A stretch of DNA of 64,000 nt from Eledone cirrhosa (GCA_964016885.1 OZ024743.1:9176001-9240000); one strand, 5' to 3'. Positions 39,170-52,555 are shown, numbered from the stretch's first letter. Numbers and translations are program-made. Notes: generated by a model from the sequence alone, not told the origin.

Positions 39170-39465
39170 AATGGATCTACGTCGGTTTCGACGATGAGTG
39201 TTCTAGTTGACCAATCAATGGGAAAACTTGCTCATAAAATTAACGTGAATGTAACACGTGTATTCTTAATGCAATTCTCGTGGAGATTTATTTTAATATA
39301 GTATGTGACAAGGCTGGGCCTTTGAATTATAGGTACATTCACAAAGCATGGGTCGACCCAAGGCAATGATAAATTACACTAGTCCAACATACCCCGCAGT
39401 GAGATGGATCGAACTCGGGTTCTAATGATTCCGAAACAAACCACTTAACCATTGGGCCACGCTGC
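39170..39465 (-). mobile_element. SINE family B copy
   Basis: tttcgacgatgagtgttctagttgaccaatc...tgtgacaaggctgg...atcgaactcggg...cttaaccattgggccacgc (tRNA-like head on minus strand). Confidence 0.65.
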
Positions 39466-39821
39466 GTCCACACACATACATATGCGAGAACAGTGTATCT
39501 ATGTAGACACACATAAAAGTTTCAATGTTGTGTCCTACATAACATTCCAATTGAGCTATACTTTAATTATAAACGACACATATAAATGCTATCATACGTT
39601 TCATTTCAATATAGATACAAAACATTGCATATTTTCACCAACGATTTACCTGCAATTGTCTACTTAGCGTGGGTACCCATAGAAAATCTAGAGATTTGCA
39701 GGTGTTAAATGTTCAGCTTTATAGTTAATTACTTGCAACAAGGTGTGTTTAAAAGGATTAATTGAATAAAATACATGTCTCTATTTATTATTTAATAAAT
39801 TATATGATATACATACAATTA

Positions 39822-39871
39822 CATATATATATATATATATACAGTAACACACACACACACACACATATATA

Positions 39872-39934
<63 letters not shown>

Positions 39935-39953
39935 AATATATATATATATATAC

Positions 39954-40030
<77 letters not shown>

Positions 40031-40052
40031 AATATATATATTTATATATACA
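39822..40052. repeat. Long (TA)n-rich microsatellite
   Basis: Directly visible. Confidence 0.95.
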
Positions 40053-40174
40053 CATAGATATTAATTAAACATACGGTATATTGCCAAATATACTATACAT
40101 ACATTCATGTATACATCGCTATTTCAGAGCACCAATCCTATTATATATAATATATATATATAGAGAGAGAGGAT

Positions 40175-40347
40175 AGAAGTAGGATTTAACTTCAGGCATA
40201 GCTGTATACAGATATGTATAGAAATTTCGTATTTCTAAAGAAACACGGTATGTTTACAGGTAAACATTTAGGAAGCCGTAGCTATGCAAAAACACCGGGG
40301 GTAACGCACTCGTAAACATACCGTGTTTCTTTAGAAATACGAATTTA
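40175..40347 (-). mobile_element. Diverged short member of the 38.1-kb family with its own snap-back
   Basis: taggattt..cttcaggcatagct...ttaggaagccgtagctatgcaaa.acaccgggg, then inverted gtaaacataccgtgtttctttagaaatacgaa and (TA)n. Confidence 0.75.
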
Positions 40348-40620
40348 TATATATATATATATATACCTATGCACGGCTGGTTAAAATCATGTACATTTTT
40401 GCTCAGTATTAGTCAATGGAATACATATAAAGTAATGTAAGTCTTACAGTTAGAGTAGTTCCTTCAATACGACATATACTTGTTTGGTTACTTGAGCTTA
40501 GATTAAGTCAGTTAAAATAATTAAATATGTATTAACTAATAATTAAAACAAATAAGTAATCAAAATAAGGAAAAACAAAACACTCCCATAAGCTAATCTC
40601 ATTATATTTCTTAACGCTGC

Positions 40621-40810
40621 GGTGGATTGGCAGTATTGGTAGAGGGTCGGACACCATGCTTTGACGCATAGAGTTACGGCCCTTGCCATTCTGAGTTCAA
40701 ATCCCGCCGAGGTTAACTTTGCCTTTCATCCTTACGGGGTCGATAAAATAAAGTACCAGTAATGCACTGGGTCATTGCTGGCCTTATGCCTAACGTAGAA
40801 ACAATTATAT
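40621..40810 (+). mobile_element. SINE family A, near full length
   Basis: ggtggattggcagtattggtagagggtcggacaccatgc...ttctgagttcaaatcccgccgagg...; flanked by repeated attatatttcttaacgctgc (TSD-like). Confidence 0.9.
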
Positions 40811-41804
40811 TTCTTAACGCTGCATCCAACTAAAATGAACAACACTGTTCACTCTCAAACACAATAAATTAATTATTAAAGAATGTGACGATATGAGAAA
40901 AGAGAAATGAAAAGGCCACTATTTTATAACTAACGTTTTTCTCAGACCAATGTCTTAATGAACCATTCTCGTTGCAAAGAAGGAAAAGCTAATTTGTGTA
41001 ATAAGTATTGTAGCATTAGCAAAACAGATGTGATAAAGGTTTGCAAGTCATTAGGCAACATCAACATTTATATTAGCAAGTCAAAACTGAAGCAAGGCAA
41101 AGTGTTTAAGTAACTAATAAGTATCTACATTGTAGAAGAAGGACTGAGCAGAAATATTTAAACAAGGGTGCACACGGCCAATGGAATCAGCTTCCTGACT
41201 CGCCAACTCTTGAAGTAACTAACATCCAAGTCAAAGTTAAAGATAAGCTCTAAAAACTCAATTTTTATTCTCTCGATCACATACTAATATCAAACCTGGA
41301 CTATGACAAAGTCTCTAGAGCGCAATGCGAGATGGACTGCCCGGGGAAAGCTGTCTACAAACCACGAGGAGGTCAACATCCTTCCGTGTCGATAAAATTA
41401 GTTAATCAATTTAATCGACCTATTTCTTACCTAAATTCCTGGCATTTTAACGAAATGGGACTCCAATTACAGTATTTATGTAGCACCGGACATAATGTAA
41501 CATATCTTTTGGTTCAAATCTAGTCATACTTGATAACATGCGTGCCAGTAATATACCTAGATTTGATTCAAACAATTAGATACGATCCCTAGAGCTTTGT
41601 AGTCTAGTGATAATGAAAGATATTATTATAACAGCACAGTTAGGAAAACGTTACTATATTTATCACGATATAAATGATGAGAAAACATTGATATTGATAT
41701 TACTATATAAGTCAACACATTTTTAAAACCTACATCTCACTAAATTATTCACTAAAAAACTAAAGTTTCATACTATTATGACCATACTTGTGATAATTGT
41801 TTTA

Positions 41805-42147
41805 CAGCATATAGCTACGGCCCTCCACGTTCCAGGGCCAAATCCTGTCGGGGTCAACCATGTCCTCCATCTCCACGGAGCCGACAAAACAAGGCATCAG
41901 CAATGCACTGGGACAATCGCTGCCCCGTGCCAAGAAGAGAATAATTACTATTATTATAGTTGTTGTTGGATTGGCAGTATCGGTAGAGGGTCGGACGCCA
42001 TGCTTTGCAGCATAGAGTTACGTCCCTTTATGGTTTGAGTTCAAATCCCGCCGAAGTTAACTTTGCCTTTCATCCTTACGGGGTCGATAAAATAAACTAC
42101 ACTGGGATTATTGCTGGTCTTGTGCCAAAAGTAGAAACAATTATTAT
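41805..42147 (+). mobile_element. Tandem SINE family A copies (old plus young)
   Basis: Degenerate copy 41805-41950 followed by a conserved copy 41968-42147. Confidence 0.8.
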
Positions 42148-44023
42148 AGTTGTTGTTTTCTTAAGGCCCGATCGCTGGTAATGAGGATGGTGGTGGCGGT
42201 GGTGGTGGATGGTGGCAGTGATGATGTATCTAGTTCATAGTTCACTTGGCCGTTTTCCTCTCTTTTCAAAATTTTGAATTTATAGTCATTTGCATTGGGA
42301 GGCAAGTAAACGTAAAATGTAAAATGTAAATAAAGATTGCTCTGGGAAAAATAAAGCTCTAGTTAGTAACAGAAAGATTAAGAAATTTAGTTTTAGCTAC
42401 ATGCTCGTGAGGGTGCCTGGTTTTTTCAGCACCTCAGCCTCCCCATCACCAGTGAGTGAATTACAACTGAGGTAGTTGTAATTCACTTTCCTTTCCTCGC
42501 AAAACTGCCGGGAAATAGGATTTATGCAAAAAAATGACAACAACAAAAAGCAAACAATATAAACAGTGAAAAATAAAAGGAATTAAAATGTAGTGGTCAT
42601 ACGCAGAAAATAATTCATGGTAGAATAGAAACTAATTTGGTATAAAAAAAACAAACAAACTTTAGAAAGATAGATTTAATCAGACAATGCAGGAAAGGCC
42701 GAGGAAAAATATATTAGATGAACGTTCTGCATCCTAAATATAAATATGATATGATCTTGCACATATAATAGTTTGAGTTAAAACATCATCGATCAACTGA
42801 GGTTATTCAAGCAGATAGTAGAAAATAACTCCTTGTAATTTAAGGAAAAAAAAAACAAGCACACAAACAAAAACAGAGAAATGGAGATAACTACAACAAA
42901 ATCAATTAAACGAAAGTTTTGAACGATAATGCATATTTTTAATAAATCTGGTCTTTAAAGCCGTCTGATAAAAGCAACTGACATGTTTCAGTCTTATTAA
43001 AACTCTTTAGAGAAGCAAGGGAGAATACAAGAATACTGACTATGAACACCAACAGTATGACTGTAGAAGAATACCATAGGCGAGTATTCTGTATACTAAA
43101 TATAATGGATTTATTATCAACGTCAGTCTCATAAAATTTTCTCAGCAATAATTAAAAGTAAACTCCTTCTAAGGGTGTTTAAAAACCTAGTAATTCTAAT
43201 TAAAGGTAACTACAATAAGAGACTTTGATCGTAACTAATTAAACTTTCTCAGCAACCCACCACATTTGGCAATATTTTTAGATCTATGTTATAACGATAA
43301 CTTTTCCCACCATTCCTTGTTGCTACTTTTATTAACTTGCACTTTTAATCGCGTATTAAAAATGCATTTAAAGATTTCGGCAATGCATTAAACATGGTAA
43401 TACACTAAACTAACGTTTTATTGCCAAGACATGAATGGTAGAATCTAGGAGGAGAGCTATAAAGACGATTAATTTCAAGTGCGCATATTCTAAAGAAAGA
43501 TATTAAAACAAAGACTATCGTTAATTTGTAATGTCTTTTCTACAGATATGACTCGTTTTCTTTAAATACTTCCAATCAATTTAAAGTCTTGTGTGAATCT
43601 GGTCAGAAATAAAAAAAAAAGATATTATCTGCCTTACTTCACATATAATTCTTTCATATATCAACCTTTCGCCACAGTCTATGCTTATATAAGTGGAGTT
43701 GGTGTAGGTGTTTACATTTGTAAACATGTCTATGTGAAATCCTATTTTAACATACGTTTTCTCCTACGTAGTTTTGTTTCTGGGTGTGTCTCTTTCAAGA
43801 TTTATTTGTAGACATATGGTGTTGTGTAGTACTATATGTCTATAATGTATGATTATCCCCCCCTCTCTCTCCCTACATATATATATATATATACATACAT
43901 ATATATTAAATATATATAGACATGTATACATGCATAAGTATATATATATGTACACAATACATGCACACACACACACACACATCTCTATATATATATATAT
44001 AAGCATTCATGTATGTATATATG

Positions 44024-44054
<31 letters not shown>

Positions 44055-44093
44055 ATACATCCATACATGAATGCATATATATATATACACATA

Positions 44094-44135
<42 letters not shown>

Positions 44136-45152
44136 TATACATATAGGCATTTACATATGTGCACACGCACACACATATATATACATATATATATATATGC
44201 GTATATATGTACATAGACATATAGACCCCCCTCCCCCTTCCCATATATATACATATATATATAATATTCCATATAATAATAGACCCATCCACTTTCATAT
44301 ATGCACAATGCATCTTTGAATTATCACGTGTTAGTATTTTTGATTTTATGTTATGCTTCATATTTGTATACATTAGTTCGAGATGCACGTGCACCTGTTT
44401 AGATATTTGTATACTTGTTTATATGTGATAATATTTGAAAGTCAACACGCACGCACACACACACACATATATATGTATATGTGTGTGTTTATGTGTATGT
44501 GTGCATGTGTGTGTGTGTGTGTGTACGTATGTGATTTAGTGAACAACTACAATAATCTTTTATGCGAGAATATGAAAATATAGTTCATCTTAGTTCTACT
44601 TCAACCTTTACAACCAACTACATTTACACATGAAAGTGAATGTGTTTATTAATCTGTTAGTGTGGATATGTTCGGAAATATCTCCTTTAATATTTACGTG
44701 TACACAGTGAACACTGACATTAACAAACACAATGTTAGCTTTTATTCCCTGGAGGTAGAAAATATTCATCGTAGCATGCTGAAGTAAGCATGTGGGGGAA
44801 TGCATATTTATGTAACTGCCTGCAGAGATATTTATAGTTTCGTTTATGAATCTTTTCCATGGTTTCTTCCGTTAGTGTTTTGTAGTTTTATAATTTCTAA
44901 CAGAATTTTTCATACTGTATTGTTCCTCCATTTTCTTATTTATCTGCGTGTTTGACACGATCTTCGTGTGGAAGCAGATTAGTTGTTTGTCTGTGTGAAA
45001 CGGAGGTGATCAAGAAACAAAGTGAACAAATACATATGGTATTGGAATATAAATAGAAAATATAAATAGAAAAGATATTAGAGGAAGAGAGAGGGAGAGA
45101 GAGAAGGGGATTGTGTGAGGTAGACTGAGAGAGAGAGAGAGAGAGAGAGAGA

Positions 45153-45330
<178 letters not shown>

Positions 45331-45708
45331 TGGTAGACAGAAATGTCAAGAAACATTTCAAAACAGAAACGTAATTCTGACTGCGAATCTTCAGTATAAA
45401 TGAAGTCAGCTAAGCAACGGAGTGAAATTTAAATCAAGATTATGTTTAATGAGTGCAAAGCTGGTTTTCCTAGAAGCCTATGGTCAATGATAGTCTTGTA
45501 ATAGAATAGTTTAAGTGTGAATTTCGACAAAATCATGAATTGTTAAGCTCATCTGGTATACATTTTTATAAAAAGAATTAAATGAGAGAAGTGAATGCAC
45601 AGCAATTTTTGGAAATTTTAGATAATTGTAAATTTAGTTAAATTTGTCTAAATTTAACAATGTACATTTAGAATTCTCAAACAAATAAAACCATCTTTTT
45701 ATGCTAAC

Positions 45709-45818
45709 CCATGCCTCCAACCCATCAATAAGTTTTCCAATGTTTCCTTGAATTGGACTATCAATTGTACTTAATGCCTGGGCTGATTGATAGGTACACA
45801 AAACTTGTCTTCTTACTT
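45709..45818 (-). CDS. Host-gene exon F: (E)VRRQVLCTYQSAQALSTIDSPIQGNIGKLIDGLEAW
   Basis: tttattcacAG acceptor, GTtagc donor, phase 1 to 0, in frame with exon E. Confidence 0.65.
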
Positions 45819-46167
45819 CTGTGAATAAATAGAATTCTATAACGTATAGAAAAAAAACAACATTATTAATGTTTTCATGAGACTGGTTTGTTTGATTTAC
45901 AGAAAGGAACAGTAGGGCATGCATTTAAAGAATCAAGATATAGCTTATTTTGAATCTACTGAGAAAGAAAATAAATTACTTTTTCAAGAACATGGAATAT
46001 GTTAGCTCTGCGAATCAATGATGTCAGAGTTAATAGAAGACTTGATCAATTGAAAAAGAAAAAGAAATAAAAAAAGGAAATCAAATATAAAGTAAATAAA
46101 GAAGAATAATTTGTTGTATTTGAGGACAAATAAGTAACATGTTGGTTTTGTTTACTGAAAATTATAC

Positions 46168-46242
46168 CTCTGGCAGGAGAGAATGAAAACAGGCTTGTTA
46201 AAAGAGCTGCGATAGGTTTTCCTTTTGCACAAAAGTGCCAAG
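46168..46242 (-). CDS. Host-gene exon E: WHFCAKGKPIAALLTSLFSFSPAR
   Basis: ttttacttagttaAG acceptor, ag/GTata donor, phase 1 to 1. Confidence 0.6.
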
Positions 46243-46554
46243 CTTAACTAAGTAAAAAATAGAAGTTTGACAGGCGGCTATTAAAAGGCTTCAATAATTG
46301 AAATGCTTCCCTGATTAAGTGTGTAAAATGGTCACTTTAAAGAACAATAAAAAAACAACAAACTATGATATTCACGTAAATTTGGAAGTCCATTGACAAA
46401 TGATGTCCAATTGATTCTGAAAAAAGAATGTAAGAATGAATTGTCGAAAATGAAATAATTGGGAAGATAAATGATCGGGAAGTTTTGAAAAAGAGTAATT
46501 TTTCCCGCTTCCACAATCTAATTGATTATGAGTTAGATGATACCATGACCCCCA

Positions 46555-46852
46555 ATCATTATTTACCAGTAATGTACTGGGTAATTGCTGGTCTTGTGCC
46601 AAAAATAGAAAACAATTATTTGGAAGTATTGGTAGAGCGTCAGACACCATGCTTTACAGCATAGAGTTATGTCCCTTTATGTTCTGAGTTCAAATCCCGC
46701 CGAGGTTGACTTTGCCTTTCATACTTACGGAGTCCATAAAATATAGGCCCCCCCCCCCACCAACCCCCGTAACGCACTGGGGTTGATTTGATCGATTTTC
46801 CTTTCCCCACAAATTGCTGGCCTTGTGTCTAAAGTAGAAACCATTATTATCA
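46555..46852 (+). mobile_element. Tandem SINE family A copies
   Basis: 3' fragment followed by a copy with ttctgagttcaaatcccgccgaggttgactttgcctttc. Confidence 0.85.
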
Positions 46853-47132
46853 TTATACTTGCTTCTGAACGCTTCACATTGTGAAAATTTGCTTCGCAAA
46901 TTTGTTATCTATTTATCTGTTTCCAAAGTCCTTTTTGTTGAAAATTTGTCATTGTTTTATATTTAAGCTCACAGCCATCCTTGTGAGCTGGTTGGTTTTT
47001 GCCCAACTGTAGCCCTTAAGGGCTAAAACGGGGTTTGTTTATCAAACATGCCTCCTAATTTTATTAAAAAAAAAACACGGTGGACAAAAAAGTTAATTTT
47101 ATTTGGTGGAATGGCAAAAACTGAACACTCAG

Positions 47133-47134
<2 letters not shown>

Positions 47135-47169
<35 letters not shown>

Positions 47170-47640
47170 TAACACTAACATCATCACCAACAGCAGAAGC
47201 AAGGACAGCAGTAGCAAGGACGGCGACAGCAGCAACAGCTCGAGCGTCAGAAGCAGCAGCAGCTACAGCGTCACCAGCAAGCAGAACGACTCTGTAGCTC
47301 GGGGTTTTGAATATAAAGTTAATTTCACAAATCAACAAGCCCAGAAATTACAAATTCGAATCACCAACGTAAAACTGACACCGACATTACGACATATACT
47401 ACCAAAAAGACAACAAAAAAAACAACAACAAAACCAGCAACAACAGCAACAACAACAATACTACCAACAACAACAACGACAATACTACCAACAACAACAA
47501 CAACAACAATGTGAACAGAGGCAACAACTGCAACTATAACAGTGTGAACAATAGTACAACCGGCACCAGCAGCAGCAGCAACAGCAACATGAACAAAAAC
47601 AACAACAGCAACAACAACGGAAACAATGACAATAAATAAC
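47135..47640. repeat. (CAG)n/(CAA)n low-complexity tract
   Basis: Directly visible; source of the poly-S/Q/A ORFs. Confidence 0.85.
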
Positions 47641-47669
47641 AGCGACGCAATGCCGCAGGAAAAAAGAAA

Positions 47670-48112
47670 CCGGTGTATTGGCAGAATCGATAGAGCGTCA
47701 GCCAACATTCTTTCCGGCATATAATTACGGAAAAAAAGTCACGAGCCTTTGCAATTTGAGTTCAACTCCTGCCGAGGTTAGCTTTGCCTATCATCCTTAC
47801 AAGGTTGATAAAATAAAGTACCAGTAATGCACTGAGATCGATTTAATCGACTTTCCCCTCCCATCAAAATTTCTGGTCTTATGCCTATAGTTTATATCAT
47901 TATTATTATATTGACAGTCGGTAAATTGGCAGTATCGGTAGAGGGTCAGACGCCATGCTTTCACGCATAGAGTTACGGCCCTTGTCATTCTGAGTTCAAA
48001 TCCTGTCGAGGTTAACTTTGCCTTTCATCCTTACGGGGTCGATAAAATAAAGTACCAGTAATGCAGTGGTTAATTGCTGGCCTTGTGCCGAAAGAAGAAA
48101 CAATTATTATAT
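47670..48112 (+). mobile_element. Head-to-tail dimer of SINE family A
   Basis: Two consecutive copies starting attggcag.atcg.tagag.gtcag. Confidence 0.88.
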
Positions 48113-48239
48113 TGATAGTCGATCGACAAGATCCCAGTCCTCATTCGCTTAACGAGTGGGGTGGAGCTCGTCAAATCGGACGATGTTTCCATTGGTCTTT
48201 CCAATTGCTAAAACTATCTGTCGGTCGCAAGTCCTGTCA

Positions 48240-48363
48240 GAAGGAGCAACGTGAAATAAAGTGTCTATCTCAAGGACATAACATATCTTCCGGTCTGGGA
48301 ATCGAAATTACAACCTCACGATTGCGAATCCAATTCTCTAACCAGCCAGCCTCGCGCCTTCAC
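48240..48363 (-). mobile_element. tRNA-derived SINE of a third family
   Basis: aagtgtct...tcaaggacataac...ggtctgggaatcgaa...acctcacgattgcga.tccaa..ctctaacc (B-box-like on minus strand). Confidence 0.6.
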
Positions 48364-48746
48364 TATATTATTATATAGCTGTATTAAAATGCCATTAAAT
48401 GAACTTACAATAAAATCAATAAATTCATCTAAATATAAAACAGAACCAATGAATAATTACCAAATATAAATTTTCAGAGACTTTACAAATTCTAAGCCCC
48501 TAATTCTAGACGATCTCCCATGACGACTACATTTCTACAACAAAGTCAAAATTACAATGCAAAGTGTTTGTGTCCCTTCAGGGTCGGTCAAAAACTATTT
48601 AAACTTTGAAAAACATTGTCAAAGGCATAATAACACTGCATATTGGAGTACTGGTTACATATATGGGGACGGAGTAGCTGCTACAGACACACATATTTAA
48701 AGCTATATTAAAAAGTAAAATTTATACTTATATATATATATATATA

Positions 48747-48893
48747 TGGGTCATAACCCACCTGAGTACTCGATACTTGGGATAGTAGAGTGGGGTAGTA
48801 GAGTCAGGACCCCAACGGCCGTTTCGACAGCTAGATCCGAACAGTTCGGATCTATCTGTCGAAACGGCCGGAGCTCAGCCGTCAGGGTCCTAT
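48747..48893 (-). mobile_element. Second snap-back copy of the 22.5-kb hammerhead-half family
   Basis: cggccgtttcgacagctagatccgaac-a-gttcggatctatctgtcgaaacggccg; shares gtactc.atactt.gg.tagtagagtggg with 22515-22545; (TA)n flanks. Confidence 0.75.
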
Positions 48894-49599
48894 ATATATA
48901 TATATATATATATATGGTTCCAGCTAACAGGACATCAAGTGTTTACCAAAACTTAATCTACATCTCATTCTCAAGAAAGCTATTATTATACATCTGTTAA
49001 CCGGAAATGTATACACCCCCTTGAACGTGAATAATTAAAATGACTCTTTAGCTTTACTTTATGATTGCAGAATGCTGCAGTTCTGATCTGAAATATGGTC
49101 ATCAATAATAAGTAATTGCAACAGGTTATTACTATTGAAAGTGATTAATGCCATTTAACGATTTTAAAACTCATTTCAATGAGTTAATATTTCCTGAAAT
49201 TATAGAGAAAAACACATGTATCACAATCAATAGTATGGACAATAAAATAAGACTTATACTAGGTCTAGAAATATTGTTGAGTAACAATGTTTCAAACTGA
49301 AAACTATGAAACAAACCCCACCTAGGAAATTGGTAGTTATTGCTCAATTATCAGACACGTGATTTCATTCTCTATTTTTATGTAAGTCGTTTCAATAATA
49401 TTAATGGAATTAATTTCCAGTAAAAACATTTTAGTTTATAAACATTACTTCATATGAGTAACAATTGTGGGACAATGAATACATTTAAACAATAGTTGCA
49501 GAGTGTAAGTAGCACTAACTATTAAAAAAACCGGAAAATAGAATTGTAACAACAATGCAACGATTACTGGAGTGAGAAGTAAACAATTTTTATGTATAC

Positions 49600-49710
49600 A
49601 CCAATGATGCACACACATAATATGGTCCAATGAATATTCCACACTATCAGCGACCTTGTTATCCATAACTTGGCATAACCACTTTGTAAAACACTGAACT
49701 CTTCCAGCAT
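49600..49710 (-). CDS. Possible additional exon: (N)AGRVQCFTKWLCQVMDNKVADSVEYSLDHIM...
   Basis: ttgttgtaaacAG acceptor, phase-1 start compatible with exon D; donor uncertain. Confidence 0.3.
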
Positions 49711-49917
49711 CTGTTTACAACAAGACATCTCTTGATACGAGGTTGGAGTCAAGCCAAGATATAACTATACTTTATCAAGTTATTATATTAGGCGTGCAAC
49801 CACAGAGGATTTATTCAATTGTTATGAAACCATAAATGTTCGACTTAGATGTACTGTCTAGTTGAAGCAGTCTTGTCACAAGTATATCTATCTGTTGAAC
49901 CTTTTTTCTAAATAATA

Positions 49918-50032
49918 GTTATTTCTACTTTTTGGCACAAGGCCAGCAATTACCCAGTGCATTATTGATACTTTATTTTATCGACCCCGTAAGGATGAAA
50001 GGCAAAGTTAACCTCGGCGGGATTCGAACTCT
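49918..50032 (-). mobile_element. 5'-truncated SINE family A
   Basis: ggcacaaggccagcaatt...gatgaaaggcaaagttaacctcggcgggattcgaactc. Confidence 0.88.
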
Positions 50033-50417
50033 AAATAATAGTAACAATGATAAGGCCTCTCAGTTGTGATACATGGAATTTTATTAACAAAGAATTATTC
50101 TTTATATTTTTTACCATTTGTTTTCAGCTTGCAGGGAGAAGGCCATAATATAGATAGTAGAACATAATCCAAAAATCACTTTGTTTTATTGCATTAATCC
50201 CCTTGTTTAACTCTTTTGAGTTTGAAATTCCCCAGATTCAATGTTAGGAAAGGCGTCAGTATAGCAGTTTTCATGAAAAGAGTCTGAGATTTTGTCTTAA
50301 TATAAATCTGGAACAATTAGTTTCCACTCAGATCAATTTCTATTAACATGATAGCCAACAAGAAATCCTCTATGTGGTTACTGGACGTGCTAGATTTAAC
50401 ATGTGAATTACACATAC

Positions 50418-50509
50418 TGTTTTGAAAGACGATGGCTACTTTGGATAATGTACTCCTAGATACACAATGTCTTTGGTTGTAACGCCGTTTGATCTTGATT
50501 GTTCTCATT
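50418..50509 (-). CDS. Host-gene exon D: MRTIKIKRRYNQRHCVSRSTLSKVAIVFQN
   Basis: ttgttttcgttgtttttaAG acceptor, GTatgt donor, phase 2 to 1. Confidence 0.62.
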
Positions 50510-50918
50510 CTTAAAAACAACGAAAACAACAAATTATATCAATGAATATTGAGAACTTCAATAATGTTATACAGTATTTTACTGGCATCTTGAGTAAAAG
50601 TTGTTTACCATAGCCGGGGGTCGGCTTAAGCCTTAGAATCCCGTCGCATGGACTGCACATGTAATTAAAAATATCAACATTTTCTCACATTGTCACGCTG
50701 AATCTCTTAGAGAATTGGATTCAGGCTACACGTGTTTGTTGAACTTTCAGCTACTTACGCATTAATTTCATGAGCAGGCTGTTCTGTCGATCGAAAACTG
50801 ATCGGCGAAACCCAATTCTAGTTTGTATTTAGTATGCAGAGCGCTTACCTTACGAATTTCCTTTAAGTCATATTGTAAATAGGTGCTATAATAAAATAAA
50901 GCTCACCACTATAAGCAC

Positions 50919-51084
50919 CTGAAGCAATATAATAATTCCATGTATTTCGGTGTCGTATTCTCCGTCATATTCTCAAAGTTTATCACTGGTACATATGGGA
51001 GGGATATTTTCTCGTATAAGTCCATGATGCTAAACATTTCAATTGATGGATGTATTTGATTAGGAAAAGTCAAATAAAATGGCC
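50919..51084 (-). CDS. Host-gene exon C: (G)PFYLTFPNQIHPSIEMFSIMDLYEKISLPYVPVINFENMTENTTPKYMELLYCF(R)
   Basis: ttttgtgttcgaaatAG acceptor, ag/GTgctt donor, phase 1 to 2. Confidence 0.6.
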
Positions 51085-51874
51085 CTATTTCGAACACAAA
51101 ATTCACTGATCATTTTATATACTTCTAAGCAAGTTAAAATATAATAGGGTGAAACTAATTTCTACAAATTTATTGCAAATGTCGTAGAACGAATGGTTAG
51201 AATGTAAGAAGGCTAAAATAGTATAAGTTATAAGCTGGAGACATGGAATTTTAAGTAGGAATGGGATTTAAAAACGTTACTCAACATTTAATTGTTTTTA
51301 GAACATTGAGTCTATAAATATTGTGAAGATACATGAATTGAATAGGCAATCAACTGTTTTACCGTATGCATATCTAATATACACAAACACACAATACACA
51401 ATATATAAACACACATTCGTACGCTAACACTCTCTCTTCCGCTCTTCCTCTCTTCCTCTTGCTCTCTCTCTCACACACACTTCATCTTAATTAACTTTTT
51501 TACCACATTAAATTAGCTACTAATTTAACTTCTGAATTAATACACGTGTTGTCACATATTTTATATAATTGTCAATGTGTTAGAGCATCGGCTCCTTGCA
51601 TTCTGAGTTCACATTCTGCTGAAATCAACTTTGCTTTTTATTATTAAAAATTCGATATATAAAGTACACAACTTGAGTGTGGAACCGATAGAATTGTTAC
51701 TGTGGTGTTGTTACGGTCCTTTGCATTCAAAATAGAGAGAGATGGGGAGGGCGAGAGAGATGGAGGAGATGGCAGTGAGAGTTCGGCTCCTCTGTGATCG
51801 GACCTGGTGTACATGCGTGTGTATGTTTACTTCTATTCATTCGACATTATATGCTTGGCTAATTGTACCATATC

Positions 51875-52065
51875 TGGCACAAGGCCAGCAATTATCCCAG
51901 TGCATTACTGGTGCTTTATTCTATCGACCCCGTAAGGATGAAAGGCAAAGTTAAAATCCCGCTGAGGTTAACTTTGCCTTTCAACCTTACGGGTTCGATA
52001 AAATAAAGCACTAGTAACACACAGGGATAATTGCTGGCCTTGTTCCAAAAGTAGAAACAATTATT
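51875..52065. mobile_element. Head-to-head inverted SINE family A pair (foldback)
   Basis: 51875-51954 is the near reverse complement of 51968-52047, 13-nt spacer. Confidence 0.85.
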
Positions 52066-52182
52066 TTATTATCTCAGTTTTAAAGATAGGAATATCGACG
52101 GGTATACGACACTTTCGAAAGAATAATGTGTGCTGCTGATTTAAAAGTTAGATGATAAAAATAGAAAAGTTTATTAAGCAAC

Positions 52183-52322
52183 CTGAATTGCTTGAAAAAA
52201 ACTCTGTTGTAACGGAGTACATTGTGTTACAGGAATTCAGACCAGATTTCCATTTTGAGTGTATCTTCTTTCCTTTCACTATACTTAGAGCCCCAGAAAA
52301 TAGTCGTGCCCATTGATCTTCC
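52183..52322 (-). CDS. Host-gene exon B: EDQWARLFSGALSIVKGKKIHSKWKSGLNSCNTMYSVTTEFFSSNS
   Basis: cttggttAG acceptor, cag/GTtgc donor, phase 2 to 1. Confidence 0.55.
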
Positions 52323-52483
52323 CTAACCAAGCGTTACAAAGATGTTCGACCTAATGTAAATTTTGATCGTAATGTGCATCTACATTTAATAATCAATGGA
52401 GTACTAAAATGTTCATTACTTATTATATACAATTAGTTATGAGTCTACATTTTTATTTTACTTAAAATTATTAAGGATCTCAC

Positions 52484-52555
52484 CTACTTATGAAGTCCTT
52501 TGAGCTAGAGGTAAATTTCATTTTCTTTGTAACGAGAATGGCGACAAATCTCTCC
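52484..52555 (-). CDS. Host-gene exon A: ERFVAILVTKKMKFTSSSKDFIS(R)
   Basis: tctttatAG acceptor, ag/GTgaga donor, phase 2 to 2. Confidence 0.5.

Noticed and set aside
35205-41010. ~75-bp sequence shared by 35205-35280 and 40935-41010
   Set aside because: Real similarity, but most likely an old dispersed repeat fragment with no diagnostic structure
42939-43148. ORF with a hydrophobic TM-like stretch
   Set aside because: Non-ATG start, no convincing splice sites or phase link to the other exons
43764-44583. YI/CV/HT-rich ORFs here and at many other sites
   Set aside because: Translations of (TA)n/(CA)n microsatellites
44738-44815. Possible terminal exon LHKYAFPHMLTSACYDEYFLPPGNKS* after exon F
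   Set aside because: Phase fits, but the acceptor lacks a polypyrimidine tract; not enough support
47048-47720. Poly-S/Q/A/V ORFs
   Set aside because: Open in several frames on both strands because of CAG/CAA repeats; intronic relative to the predicted gene; no domain
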